16,584 nt of DNA from Candidatus Heimdallarchaeota archaeon (lineage in GTDB: Archaea; Asgardarchaeota; Heimdallarchaeia; Hodarchaeales; Hodarchaeaceae): positions 1-16,584 of the forward strand of contig RDOB01000013.1 in NCBI GenBank assembly GCA_011364965.1, in the 5' to 3' direction. Positions within the stretch are counted from its first letter, which is position 1. The number at the start of each line of letters is the position of its first letter. Below, piece by piece: positions 1-7,080 of this stretch. The notes beneath the pieces are model-generated. The model saw only the letters and a program-made list of their open reading frames with translations, searched no databases and had not been told where the DNA came from. A program made the translations under genes and the position numbers.

Positions 1-1830
1 CTAGAAAAAACAGCCTTAAACCCGAAAAATGGTGGTAACATTGATAACAAAGCAGAAGCATTAGATAATTTATATAAATTGACAGTTGAAGATTTAAGAG
101 CGAATGTAGATATCAATCCAACCATTGATGTGACTCTAGCTCTTGAAGAGTATGTTGAGGGAGATACAAAATTATTTTGGGTTCCTGATTTAACAGAATA
201 CCCCTATACTTTTTATAAAATTAATGCAACACTAAGAGCGATTGGAAGTCATACTTTAATATATTCAAATTTAACTACAAGTGCTGTCCCTATTTCTTAC
301 TTGGTGAATATGAATAATACCTTTGAAAATCTGATTTTTCCAGAATTAACAGACTTTTTTGGGACCCCCCCAGACATTGATTCAAATGAAAAAATTATTA
401 TATTGATATATGATATTCTGGATATAATGAGCGGAACACAATATGTGGCGGGTTTCTTTTATGCTCTAAACGAATATCTTAACAGTGAGCTTCACCCTAC
501 AGATCCTTTAAAGGGTTACAGCAATGAGGCTGAAATTCTTAATATAGATGGCGTTGAAGGGTTATCCAGTTTAGCTACTAATGATTTTGATACGGTAGCT
601 CATGAGCTTCAACATATGATTCATTGGGGAAATGATAATGATGAGAATTTATGGTTTGACGAGGGAGCTTCGATGTTTTCAGAATACCTTATTGGGGAGG
701 ATCCTTTTGAATCAGGAACCTATAAATCACGATTTGAATCAACACCAGATGTTTCATTAACATACTGGGATTATTATGACGCAGAAGGTTTAGTTTTAAC
801 CAATTATGGAGCCGCTTTTGCATTTTATCTCTATCTAGCAGAGCATTATGGTGGATCTGATTTCATTCGCGATATGGTTCTCCAATCGACAAATGGAATT
901 GAAAGTATTGAGAAAACGTTTCTAGACATGGGAAAAACGGTAAAGTTTTCAGAAATCTTTAGAAATTGGACTATTGCTAATTTTCTAGATGATACTTCCT
1001 TTGCAGGAGGTTCATATGGATATTATAATACCTCATTATCGATGGCTGTCGAATCAACTTATAATTATGCTCCTATACCCCGTACTGAAAATTCAGTCCC
1101 GTACTGGGGAACTGATTACTTAAAATTTAATCTACCATCTGAATTGCCCTTTGATTTAGAATTTCAAGGATCTATTGCAGCCAGGTTTTTAGTTTCTATA
1201 ATATTGAAGAATACTACTTCTGTTCCTCTCAATACGAAGGTAATTCCATTAAAGTTACAAACTGATAACACAGTATCATTTTCAATAAGTGATTTCGGAT
1301 TCAAAGCGGATGAAATCACTCTTACAATATCTTCTTATCCAAAACTGGGAATCCCAGATCATGATGATGAAAATCCAGGCCCTCCACAGACCTACTGGTT
1401 CTTAATTAATCCAGAGGGGATTTTAATTTCAACTGGAGACATAATCCTTCTTGAAGATGGTATAAACATACAAGTAGTAAATATTACAGTTCAAGATACT
1501 AATGAATTTGTCTGGGAGGAGGCTGATGGAGCAACGTGGGAACTATATACCTCATTTGGTAACTTTACAGAACTCACTGGAAATTTTACTTTCAATAATC
1601 AAATGAACTATTGGGAATCTACTACAATTGATATTTCACTCCTATCTGAAGGAGATTATCAATTTAGATATTATTTTTATAACACCACAGCCATTGGGGT
1701 GGCTTATTCTAATATTTTTACTCTCTCTCGTGATACACCCACTACGCCAACAACGATTTCCCTGATACCAGGATTTTTCGTGGTTCTTTCAGTTCTAGCA
1801 TTAGCGGGGTTAAAAATTACTCGTGATTAA
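1..1830 (+). CDS. Surface-anchored zinc metallopeptidase (HExxH; M30/hyicolysin- or M6-like), 5'-truncated, with PGF-CTERM-like anchor
   Basis: Frame 1 is open from base 1 (LEKTALNPKNGG...), so the track's TTG at 79 is probably not the true start. Motifs AGFF, AHELQHMIH and WFDEG. C-terminus has a Thr/Pro linker, IPGF, a hydrophobic helix and a basic tail (TPTTPTTISLIPGFFVVLSVLALAGLKITRD). Confidence 0.8.
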   Translation, partial: LEKTALNPKNGGNIDNKAEALDNLYKLTVEDLRANVDINPTIDVTLALEEYVEGDTKLFWVPDLTEYPYTFYKINATLRAIGSHTLIYSNLTTSAVPISYLVNMNNTFENLIFPELTDFFGTPPDIDSNEKIIILIYDILDIMSGTQYVAGFFYALNEYLNSELHPTDPLKGYSNEAEILNIDGVEGLSSLATNDFDTVAHELQHMIHWGNDNDENLWFDEGASMFSEYLIGEDPFESGTYKSRFESTPDVSLTYWDYYDAEGLVLTNYGAAFAFYLYLAEHYGGSDFIRDMVLQSTNGIESIEKTFLDMGKTVKFSEIFRNWTIANFLDDTSFAGGSYGYYNTSLSMAVESTYNYAPIPRTENSVPYWGTDYLKFNLPSELPFDLEFQGSIAARFLVSIILKNTTSVPLNTKVIPLKLQTDNTVSFSISDFGFKADEITLTISSYPKLGIPDHDDENPGPPQTYWFLINPEGILISTGDIILLEDGINIQVVNITVQDTNEFVWEEADGATWELYTSFGNFTELTGNFTFNNQMNYWESTTIDISLLSEGDYQFRYYFYNTTAIGVAYSNIFTLSRDTPTTPTTISLIPGFFVVLSVLALAGLKITRD

Positions 1831-1852
1831 TCTTCAAAAATTGGAAAGATAC

Positions 1853-3562
1853 TCACTTTCTAAATACCAATATACTTTGATGTACAACACTTGGTATATA
1901 GGAAAAAGGATATCCAAAAATATGTAGGGCTTTATCAGGTGCGTACCAGATTAATTCATGTTGGAACTGATATCCAATTTCTACCAGAGTTCTTGCTAGA
2001 CTAGTGGTAAGGAGAAGATATTGCCCTTTTTTTGGGGACATTTTCTTATCTGGAATTGTCATCGTACGATACATATTCCCAATAAAAACAATTAAATACT
2101 TTTGAGGAGTTAATTTTGCATAACACGCCATAAATACCTCTTTTAACAATTCTAACCATACCTCCAAAGTTGGAATTTCTGTTTCGTTGAATTTACTTAA
2201 TGAGGAATGGAGTTTGTCTCGTGAGGGTTCTCCAGCTCTAGAAAATTTTCCCCGAGTTTTTTCCAATTTATCCATAGCCCAATATGGTACATCTGTCAAA
2301 ATAAGATCAATACTGCTATCAGGTATTTTTTCTGGGATCAAATTTCTTGAATCTCCAACAAAAAAGGGATAAACAGGAAGATCAAATTCTTTTGATACAT
2401 TTTCATAGATCATTTTCCATTCTTTGTTAATATCGATTCCAACTGCATCTTTATTAGCAAGTGCAGCACCTATTAACGTACCTCCAACCCCAGCAAAGGG
2501 ATCAAGAATTTTTATTCCTTCTTCTGGACAATAAATCTCGATTAATAACTGAGTTAACTCGGGAGGTTTCATTCCTCCGTGTTGACGTCTTAATGCATGA
2601 TTATATGAGGGAGGATAAGATTTGTGGATAATTAGAGAACTTCCTACTAATAAGGGAGAAATGATGGCAGAATCAATCAGAAAACTTGTTGAAGAACCTT
2701 TGAGTTCTTTTCGAAAAACCAAGATTCGTCGTTCAATTGGAATTAATTCAGTATGAATTGAATTAGGAGCTGGCTGAAACCAAATTCTCTCTGATTTTAG
2801 CGTTAAGCCATAAACAGACAATATATTGGTAATTAAACCAGTTAGAAAAAAATTTATTGAGCTTGTTCTGGTGAATTGGGAGGATTCTGAACTCAGAAAC
2901 TCGAAATTACCTGGAAGAGAAAGGATGAGGTATTTTTCCATCTTAAGTTTAACAAAAATCTCTTTAAGCAAGTGGACAACCATATTAAGCCAATTTAAAA
3001 TTTTTTTTTCAGGGTCGGTCATGATATCGGTATAATTGAGGCAAAATGAGTTTTGAGAATTTTTATTTGTCGGATTCCAGACAGGAAAATCTGTAATGAC
3101 AAGATCTATGGACTCTGGGGGGATTGAAGAATGTTCTGAGAACTTTAAAAGAGAGATGCTACTTTCAGGTTTAAGGTGTAAATCACTCATGATTTTAGTG
3201 AATTGCACGAAAAATTCTTCCTGCAATTCCAAACCAATAATATTTCTCCTTGGGGGAGGGATATAAGCATTTGCAAATAAAGCTCCGATAAGAAAAGATC
3301 CAGCTCCGAAAAAAGGATCCAAAACTGTTTCTTTTGGTTTGGAAAATGTCTCTACAAGTTCTGTGCAAAGCTGTACAGGGATCGGAGAAAGATTTCTCGT
3401 GATTATATTTTCTCCAAGTATATCGGGATAAGATTTGGGAATAACTGTCTTAGTTGAAAATAACCATTCTTTACCAGTCAAATCATTTAAGGGATTTCTC
3501 TTATCATAAACCCCTCTGTCTTTCCTGTCTTCTTGGTAGTCCTTTAATTCAAATCTTGTCAA
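1853..3562 (-). CDS. Tandem two-domain SAM-dependent amino-methyltransferase (DNA N4-C/N6-A or Trm11-like)
   Basis: Two repeats of KSYP...P..L...L.E...LDPFxGxG followed by DL(V/I)(I/L)TD(F/V)P(V/Y)W and a W(F/Y)xP...(R/S)ILVFRK end. TTG start with an in-frame stop just upstream. Confidence 0.8.
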   Translation of the reverse strand: MTRFELKDYQEDRKDRGVYDKRNPLNDLTGKEWLFSTKTVIPKSYPDILGENIITRNLSPIPVQLCTELVETFSKPKETVLDPFFGAGSFLIGALFANAYIPPPRRNIIGLELQEEFFVQFTKIMSDLHLKPESSISLLKFSEHSSIPPESIDLVITDFPVWNPTNKNSQNSFCLNYTDIMTDPEKKILNWLNMVVHLLKEIFVKLKMEKYLILSLPGNFEFLSSESSQFTRTSSINFFLTGLITNILSVYGLTLKSERIWFQPAPNSIHTELIPIERRILVFRKELKGSSTSFLIDSAIISPLLVGSSLIIHKSYPPSYNHALRRQHGGMKPPELTQLLIEIYCPEEGIKILDPFAGVGGTLIGAALANKDAVGIDINKEWKMIYENVSKEFDLPVYPFFVGDSRNLIPEKIPDSSIDLILTDVPYWAMDKLEKTRGKFSRAGEPSRDKLHSSLSKFNETEIPTLEVWLELLKEVFMACYAKLTPQKYLIVFIGNMYRTMTIPDKKMSPKKGQYLLLTTSLARTLVEIGYQFQHELIWYAPDKALHIFGYPFSYIPSVVHQSILVFRK

Positions 3563-3599
3563 TAGCTGTCATCTATAACCATACTGGGTGTTATTCGGT

Positions 3600-3902
3600 T
3601 CAGAAAAAAATATTCAATATAAACCAGAGAATAAAGGGTCCAACAAGAAGAATGAATAATCCTAGATATGCAATTAGTCTCATACGCTGTACTCGTTTCT
3701 GACAGGGTGAACAATATACCCTTTTCACGAACTCGCGCTTCTTTCCCACAAATTGGTACAGAAAATTTTCATGCCAATCTTCTATATAACATTCAGCACA
3801 AAAAAATTTATGACATCGTTCGCACTCTTCAGTATCGGCATTAGAGGGGTGATTTGAACAGGGTTGGCTTTGTTCCTTCCTTTTAGGTTTCTTCGTGCTC
3901 AT
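3600..3902 (-). CDS. Small B-box-like zinc-finger protein with C-terminal transmembrane helix
   Basis: CSNH-x8-CERC-x4-CAEC plus a later CSPC pair; hydrophobic C-terminal ~24 aa. Confidence 0.7.
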   Translation of the reverse strand: MSTKKPKRKEQSQPCSNHPSNADTEECERCHKFFCAECYIEDWHENFLYQFVGKKREFVKRVYCSPCQKRVQRMRLIAYLGLFILLVGPFILWFILNIFF

Positions 3903-4033
3903 ATGCTTAACATGCCTTATTAATGATATTCTAGGTAAAAAGAGGGAGATTTTTCTCTTCGCTACTTGCCCAGAAAAAAACCTTATTATGTGTACTTATC
4001 TGGAATAATTGCAGAATAAGGAAGATTTAGAAT

Positions 4034-5257
4034 ATGCAAGATCATTTTATATTTCGAGAGGCAACAGACCAGGATGCTCAATCAATCAAAAATATCATGA
4101 GATACGCGTTTGAAGGGCATAAAAACCAATATGAAGACCCTGAAAAACCAGATCCTCGCCGAGATTTAACCCATACTTACCCCACAAAAAATTATGTTAT
4201 CGAAGAAAATGGATCCATTGCTGCAAACCTTGGAGTAATTCAATTTCAAGAGCAAATTCGGGGGACTTTTATAAAAATGGCTGGAATTACAGGTGTAGCA
4301 TGTAAACCAGAATATCGACGCTCAGGGTACATGAAACAATTATTTGAATATGTTTTTAAGCTGCTTTATGAGCAAGAATATCTCGTATCAACCTTATATC
4401 CATTTAAATTTGAATTCTATGAGGGATTAGGGTATGGACAGATGGATTCCTTGCACGTTTTTACATTAAAAACCTCTGATATTATCCAAAAGCCAACTCC
4501 TAATCGGATAATTCAAGAAGACTTTGATCCAAATTATAAGCGCTGCCAACCTCTTTATGATATAATTGCTTCTCAATTAGATGGCTTAGCAAAAAGAGAA
4601 TCTTTTATTTGGAAATCTATGCCTGGTTGGACATGGAGAAATCAAGGATATCAGTTTATTTGTCAGGATAAGAATGGGAAAGATTTGGGGTATATTATAC
4701 TTCGGTTTGAGAAAGCAGATGAAAAGAATCCTTTCCCACATATCTTGGTTCGAGAAATGGTGTACTTTGATTCAGAAACTAAACAAGCATTCCTAAATTT
4801 TCTTGCAAATCATGATTCTCAGAGAGAGTTTGTTAAACTAGCCCCATTTGAACATAATATCCTACCATATCTAAGAACACCCCGGATGAAGGAAAATAGG
4901 ATTCAAGATAACTCAATGTTTCGTATAATAAACCTCAATGAGTTATTATTAAGATTAAACTATCCAAATGACGTAAATGAGATGATTACATTTCAAGTGA
5001 CTGATCCTGCAAGTCAGTGCCCCTGGAATAATAAGACGTTAACATTAAAGGTGGAAAATGGAAAGGGTCAAATTGTTACGTCCTCTAATCGCTATCCAAT
5101 AAAAATTGGAATAAAGGAATTGAGTCAGATAGTCATCGGTTTTTATGATCCCTTTGAGTTATTCGAAGCAGGACTTATTTCAGGTGAGAAACATGCGTTT
5201 TCAGCGTTAGGCCAGATCTTCCCTAAGCAAAATACTGCCTTAAGAGAATATTTTTAG
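4034..5257 (+). CDS. Eis-family (enhanced intracellular survival) GNAT acetyltransferase
   Basis: 407 aa; GITGVACKPEYRRSG acetyl-CoA motif, STLYPF..FYEGLGY, SCP2-like C-terminal region, terminal EYF. Confidence 0.88.
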   Translation: MQDHFIFREATDQDAQSIKNIMRYAFEGHKNQYEDPEKPDPRRDLTHTYPTKNYVIEENGSIAANLGVIQFQEQIRGTFIKMAGITGVACKPEYRRSGYMKQLFEYVFKLLYEQEYLVSTLYPFKFEFYEGLGYGQMDSLHVFTLKTSDIIQKPTPNRIIQEDFDPNYKRCQPLYDIIASQLDGLAKRESFIWKSMPGWTWRNQGYQFICQDKNGKDLGYIILRFEKADEKNPFPHILVREMVYFDSETKQAFLNFLANHDSQREFVKLAPFEHNILPYLRTPRMKENRIQDNSMFRIINLNELLLRLNYPNDVNEMITFQVTDPASQCPWNNKTLTLKVENGKGQIVTSSNRYPIKIGIKELSQIVIGFYDPFELFEAGLISGEKHAFSALGQIFPKQNTALREYF

Positions 5258-5310
5258 AAACAGAAGCCATTTTTAGGCTCATTTCGTCAATTAAGAGGTA
5301 GAATTTGACT

Positions 5311-5326
5311 AGAAAAGGAAAAAAGA
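5311..5326 (-). terminator. U-rich archaeal terminator of tRNA-Tyr
   Basis: Minus strand reads TCTTTTTTCCTTTTCT immediately after discriminator A73. Confidence 0.6.
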
Positions 5327-5362
5327 TCCCTTGGCCGTGATTTGAACACGGGACAACTCGGT

Positions 5363-5419
5363 CGCCGCTCATTATTGCTGACACACTCATCACTGTTTCC
5401 TCAGAGGTGCGAACTAGGT
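5363..5419 (-). other. tRNA intron 2, canonical position 37/38, 57 nt
   Basis: Central helix C32-T-G-T35 / GCGG (two G-U pairs), bulges AG|A and CG|A, outer helix CTCGG/CCGAG. The inner helix is weak (relaxed BHL type). Confidence 0.88.
5377..5412 (-). ncRNA. Intron-embedded C/D-type K-turn (K-loop) hairpin; candidate H/ACA-like guide domain
   Basis: Box D CTGA (5404-5401), G-GAAA-C cap, AGT bulge and perfect box C GTGATGA (5393-5387) on stem GCAC-CTC/GAG-(T)-GTGT. The K-turn is directly visible; guide function is inference. Confidence 0.55.
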
Positions 5420-5425
5420 CTACAG

Positions 5426-5475
5426 CCGAGGGCTCTTGGAGGCTTGGATTTATAATCCGAGGGCTCTTCCAGGCT
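5426..5475 (-). repeat. 19-nt imperfect direct repeat (17/19 identical, 12-nt perfect core), period 31
   Basis: AGCCTGGAAGAGCCCTCGG (5475-5457) versus AGCCTCCAAGAGCCCTCGG (5444-5426). Confidence 0.95.
5435..5465 (-). other. tRNA intron 1, non-canonical position 22/23, 31 nt
   Basis: BHB-like motif: central helix TGGA/TCCA, each strand followed by an AG|A bulge and closed by single G-C pairs; internal hairpin GGATT-ATA-AATCC. Removal restores the D-stem. Among the registers allowed by the direct repeat, this is the only one I found that gives a 4-bp central helix. Confidence 0.8.
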
Positions 5476-5505
5476 GAGCTACCAAGGGAATTATTGCATT
5501 AAAGT

Positions 5506-5516
5506 CGCTTAAACGC
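5506..5516 (-). promoter_or_regulatory. Possible TATA box for tRNA-Tyr
   Basis: Minus-strand GCGTTTAAGCG, with TTTAAG about 20-25 nt upstream of the mature 5' end. Confidence 0.35.
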
Positions 5517-5718
5517 ATAAGATTCCTATTAGGAATTGGGGAATGCCCTAACCTAACTAATAGCACTTTTTTGTAGTATTCTTAAATTCATTCTGATAAT
5601 CTTTGTGATTGAATAGAATGGAATTAGTTTCATGAATTTATATGAATTTTCTTGTACAGCTTCATAAAAAAGCTGGTTTTCAAGTCTAAAATACATGTGA
5701 TTTGGTGCTTTTCTAAGA

Positions 5719-7011
5719 ATGGATTATTCAAACCTTAAAGTCTTCCTTTATTGGGATAAATATACGTGGTATGCATTAGGGGCATTATCGGCTAGCTTAC
5801 AAAAACATCAAATTCCCTATGAAGTTATCAAGGGAAATGTCAAGCAACCTATCTCTAAAGCATTGAATACGGATTATAGAGTAATTTACGCAGAATCATC
5901 GCGTAGCTGGACCATTGAAGCATTGAAAAATCGCCTTAAAATAATTAAGAAGGCATTTACTTCTGCTGATATCTTAGTTGTAGTTGGGGGACCTCATGCA
6001 ACAGGAGTACCAGAGGAGATTTTAAACATGGGAGGCGATGTAGTAGTAATAGGAGAAGGAGAGGAGACTTTTCCACATCTAGTTAAAACATTTGCCCAAA
6101 AACCAATAACAAATGGTGATTTGGAAACAATCCCTGGAATTGCTTATTTAGATCAATATAAAACTGTACAAAGAACCAAGCGTCGCCCCAGTATTGATTT
6201 GGATTCCTATTGTCCTTATTCTGATAATCCAAAATTTTCAATCCATCCTCCCATTGAACTCATGAGAGGGTGCGCATTTCGATGTCGGTTCTGTCAAGTT
6301 CCTTATATGTATGGTAATCCTCGTTTTCGCTCAATAAAAAATATTGAAACCATTGTTAAGCATTATATCAATCATTTTAAGCCAATAAAGAAAACTGTTG
6401 ACATTCGGTTCATTGCACCTAACTCCCTAGGTTATATGGAGAAAAAAAGGGGAATTCCAAATGTATCCCGACTTAAGGAATTAATCGATTGTCTAACTCA
6501 ATATGATATTCGTCTTTTTTTTGGAACCTTTCCTTCAGAGGTTCGGCCTGAATATATTACTGAAGAGACGATTTCTCTCTTTGAAAAAATTAGTAATAAT
6601 TCAATTTCAATCGGTTTTCAAAGTGGATCAGACAATATTTTAACCAATATGAGACGCGAGCACACCGTACAAGATGGTTTAGCCGCGTTTGAAATTATGA
6701 AATCACATGGATATCTTCCTGTTTTTGATTTCATCCTAGGGACTCCTTCCGAAACTTTAAGCGCACAATGGGAGACCCTAGATCTTGTTCGGCAGTTTCA
6801 GGGAAAAGCACTTGTTCGATTACATTATTTTATGCCACTTCCAGGTACCCCCTGGCAGGATCTGATTCCTGTCCCTCTTAGTTCAGAAATTTTAACAGAA
6901 ATCGGACGTCTTGCCAAAGCTAAGATTATTACAGGAGAGTTCGTCAAACAGATGAATCAAATAGAAAAACTTCTTGAGTCTCGAAATCCTCAAGTCTTGA
7001 GTAATTCTTGA
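5719..7011 (+). CDS. B12-binding domain/radical SAM protein (resembles TIGR04013, MJ_1487 family)
   Basis: VVVGGPHAT...DVVVIGEGE cobalamin-binding-domain motifs; CAFRCRFC (CxxxCxxC); RFIAPNSLGY and FFGTFPSEVRPE, which I recall as family motifs. Confidence 0.85.
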   Translation: MDYSNLKVFLYWDKYTWYALGALSASLQKHQIPYEVIKGNVKQPISKALNTDYRVIYAESSRSWTIEALKNRLKIIKKAFTSADILVVVGGPHATGVPEEILNMGGDVVVIGEGEETFPHLVKTFAQKPITNGDLETIPGIAYLDQYKTVQRTKRRPSIDLDSYCPYSDNPKFSIHPPIELMRGCAFRCRFCQVPYMYGNPRFRSIKNIETIVKHYINHFKPIKKTVDIRFIAPNSLGYMEKKRGIPNVSRLKELIDCLTQYDIRLFFGTFPSEVRPEYITEETISLFEKISNNSISIGFQSGSDNILTNMRREHTVQDGLAAFEIMKSHGYLPVFDFILGTPSETLSAQWETLDLVRQFQGKALVRLHYFMPLPGTPWQDLIPVPLSSEILTEIGRLAKAKIITGEFVKQMNQIEKLLESRNPQVLSNS

Positions 7012-7038
7012 CATAAAATTACTTTGATTTTAATCTGA

Positions 7039-7054
7039 GAAAGAGGTTTTATAG
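7039..7054 (+). promoter_or_regulatory. BRE/TATA-like promoter of lig (probably near-leaderless)
   Basis: GAAAGAGG-TTTTATAG ending 26 nt before the ATG at 7081. Confidence 0.45.
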
Positions 7055-7080
7055 GGACTAATTTGTTTTGATCTTTATAT

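Larger units (their letters stand above)
5327..5488 (-). tRNA. trnY: tRNA-Tyr(GUA) with two introns (22/23 and 37/38); 74-nt spliced body, CCA not encoded
   Basis: Spliced sequence CCCTTGG TA GCTC AGCCTGGAA GAGC C CTCGG CT-GTA-GA CCGAG TTGTC CCGTG TTCAAAT CACGG CCAAGGG A forms a perfect cloverleaf with C1-G72 and A73 (archaeal/eukaryal Tyr identity). Exons are 5488-5466, 5434-5420 and 5362-5327; anticodon 5423-5421. 162-31-57=74. Confidence 0.95.

Noticed and set aside
1853-3902. Restriction-modification or defence island
   Set aside because: No nuclease, helicase or specificity subunit is adjacent, and the neighbours look like ordinary chromosomal genes.
3930-3973. Imperfect hairpin between the divergent Zn-finger and Eis genes
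   Set aside because: Several mismatches and G-U pairs, no strand preference, and no known RNA motif.
5395-5404. CUGAGGA in intron 2 matches the hammerhead core CUGANGA
   Set aside because: The only GAAA overlaps the motif; there is no stem II followed by a separate GAAA, even in the circularised intron. The K-turn explains the sequence better.
5444-5461. Intron-1 hairpin read as an alternative anticodon arm (UAU/AUA)
   Set aside because: The loop is 9 nt with a stem mismatch, and no T-arm follows at the correct distance; the GUA arm gives a perfect cloverleaf.
5426-5468. 12-bp direct repeat as an att site/target duplication of an integrated element, or a mini-CRISPR
   Set aside because: Only 19 nt lie between the copies, no integrase, transposase or cas gene is nearby, and a BHB-like motif accounts for precise removal.
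5522-5536. Short palindrome ATTCCT-ATT-AGGAAT upstream of tRNA-Tyr
   Set aside because: Single 6-bp arms in AT-rich DNA; could be an operator but is not distinguishable from chance.
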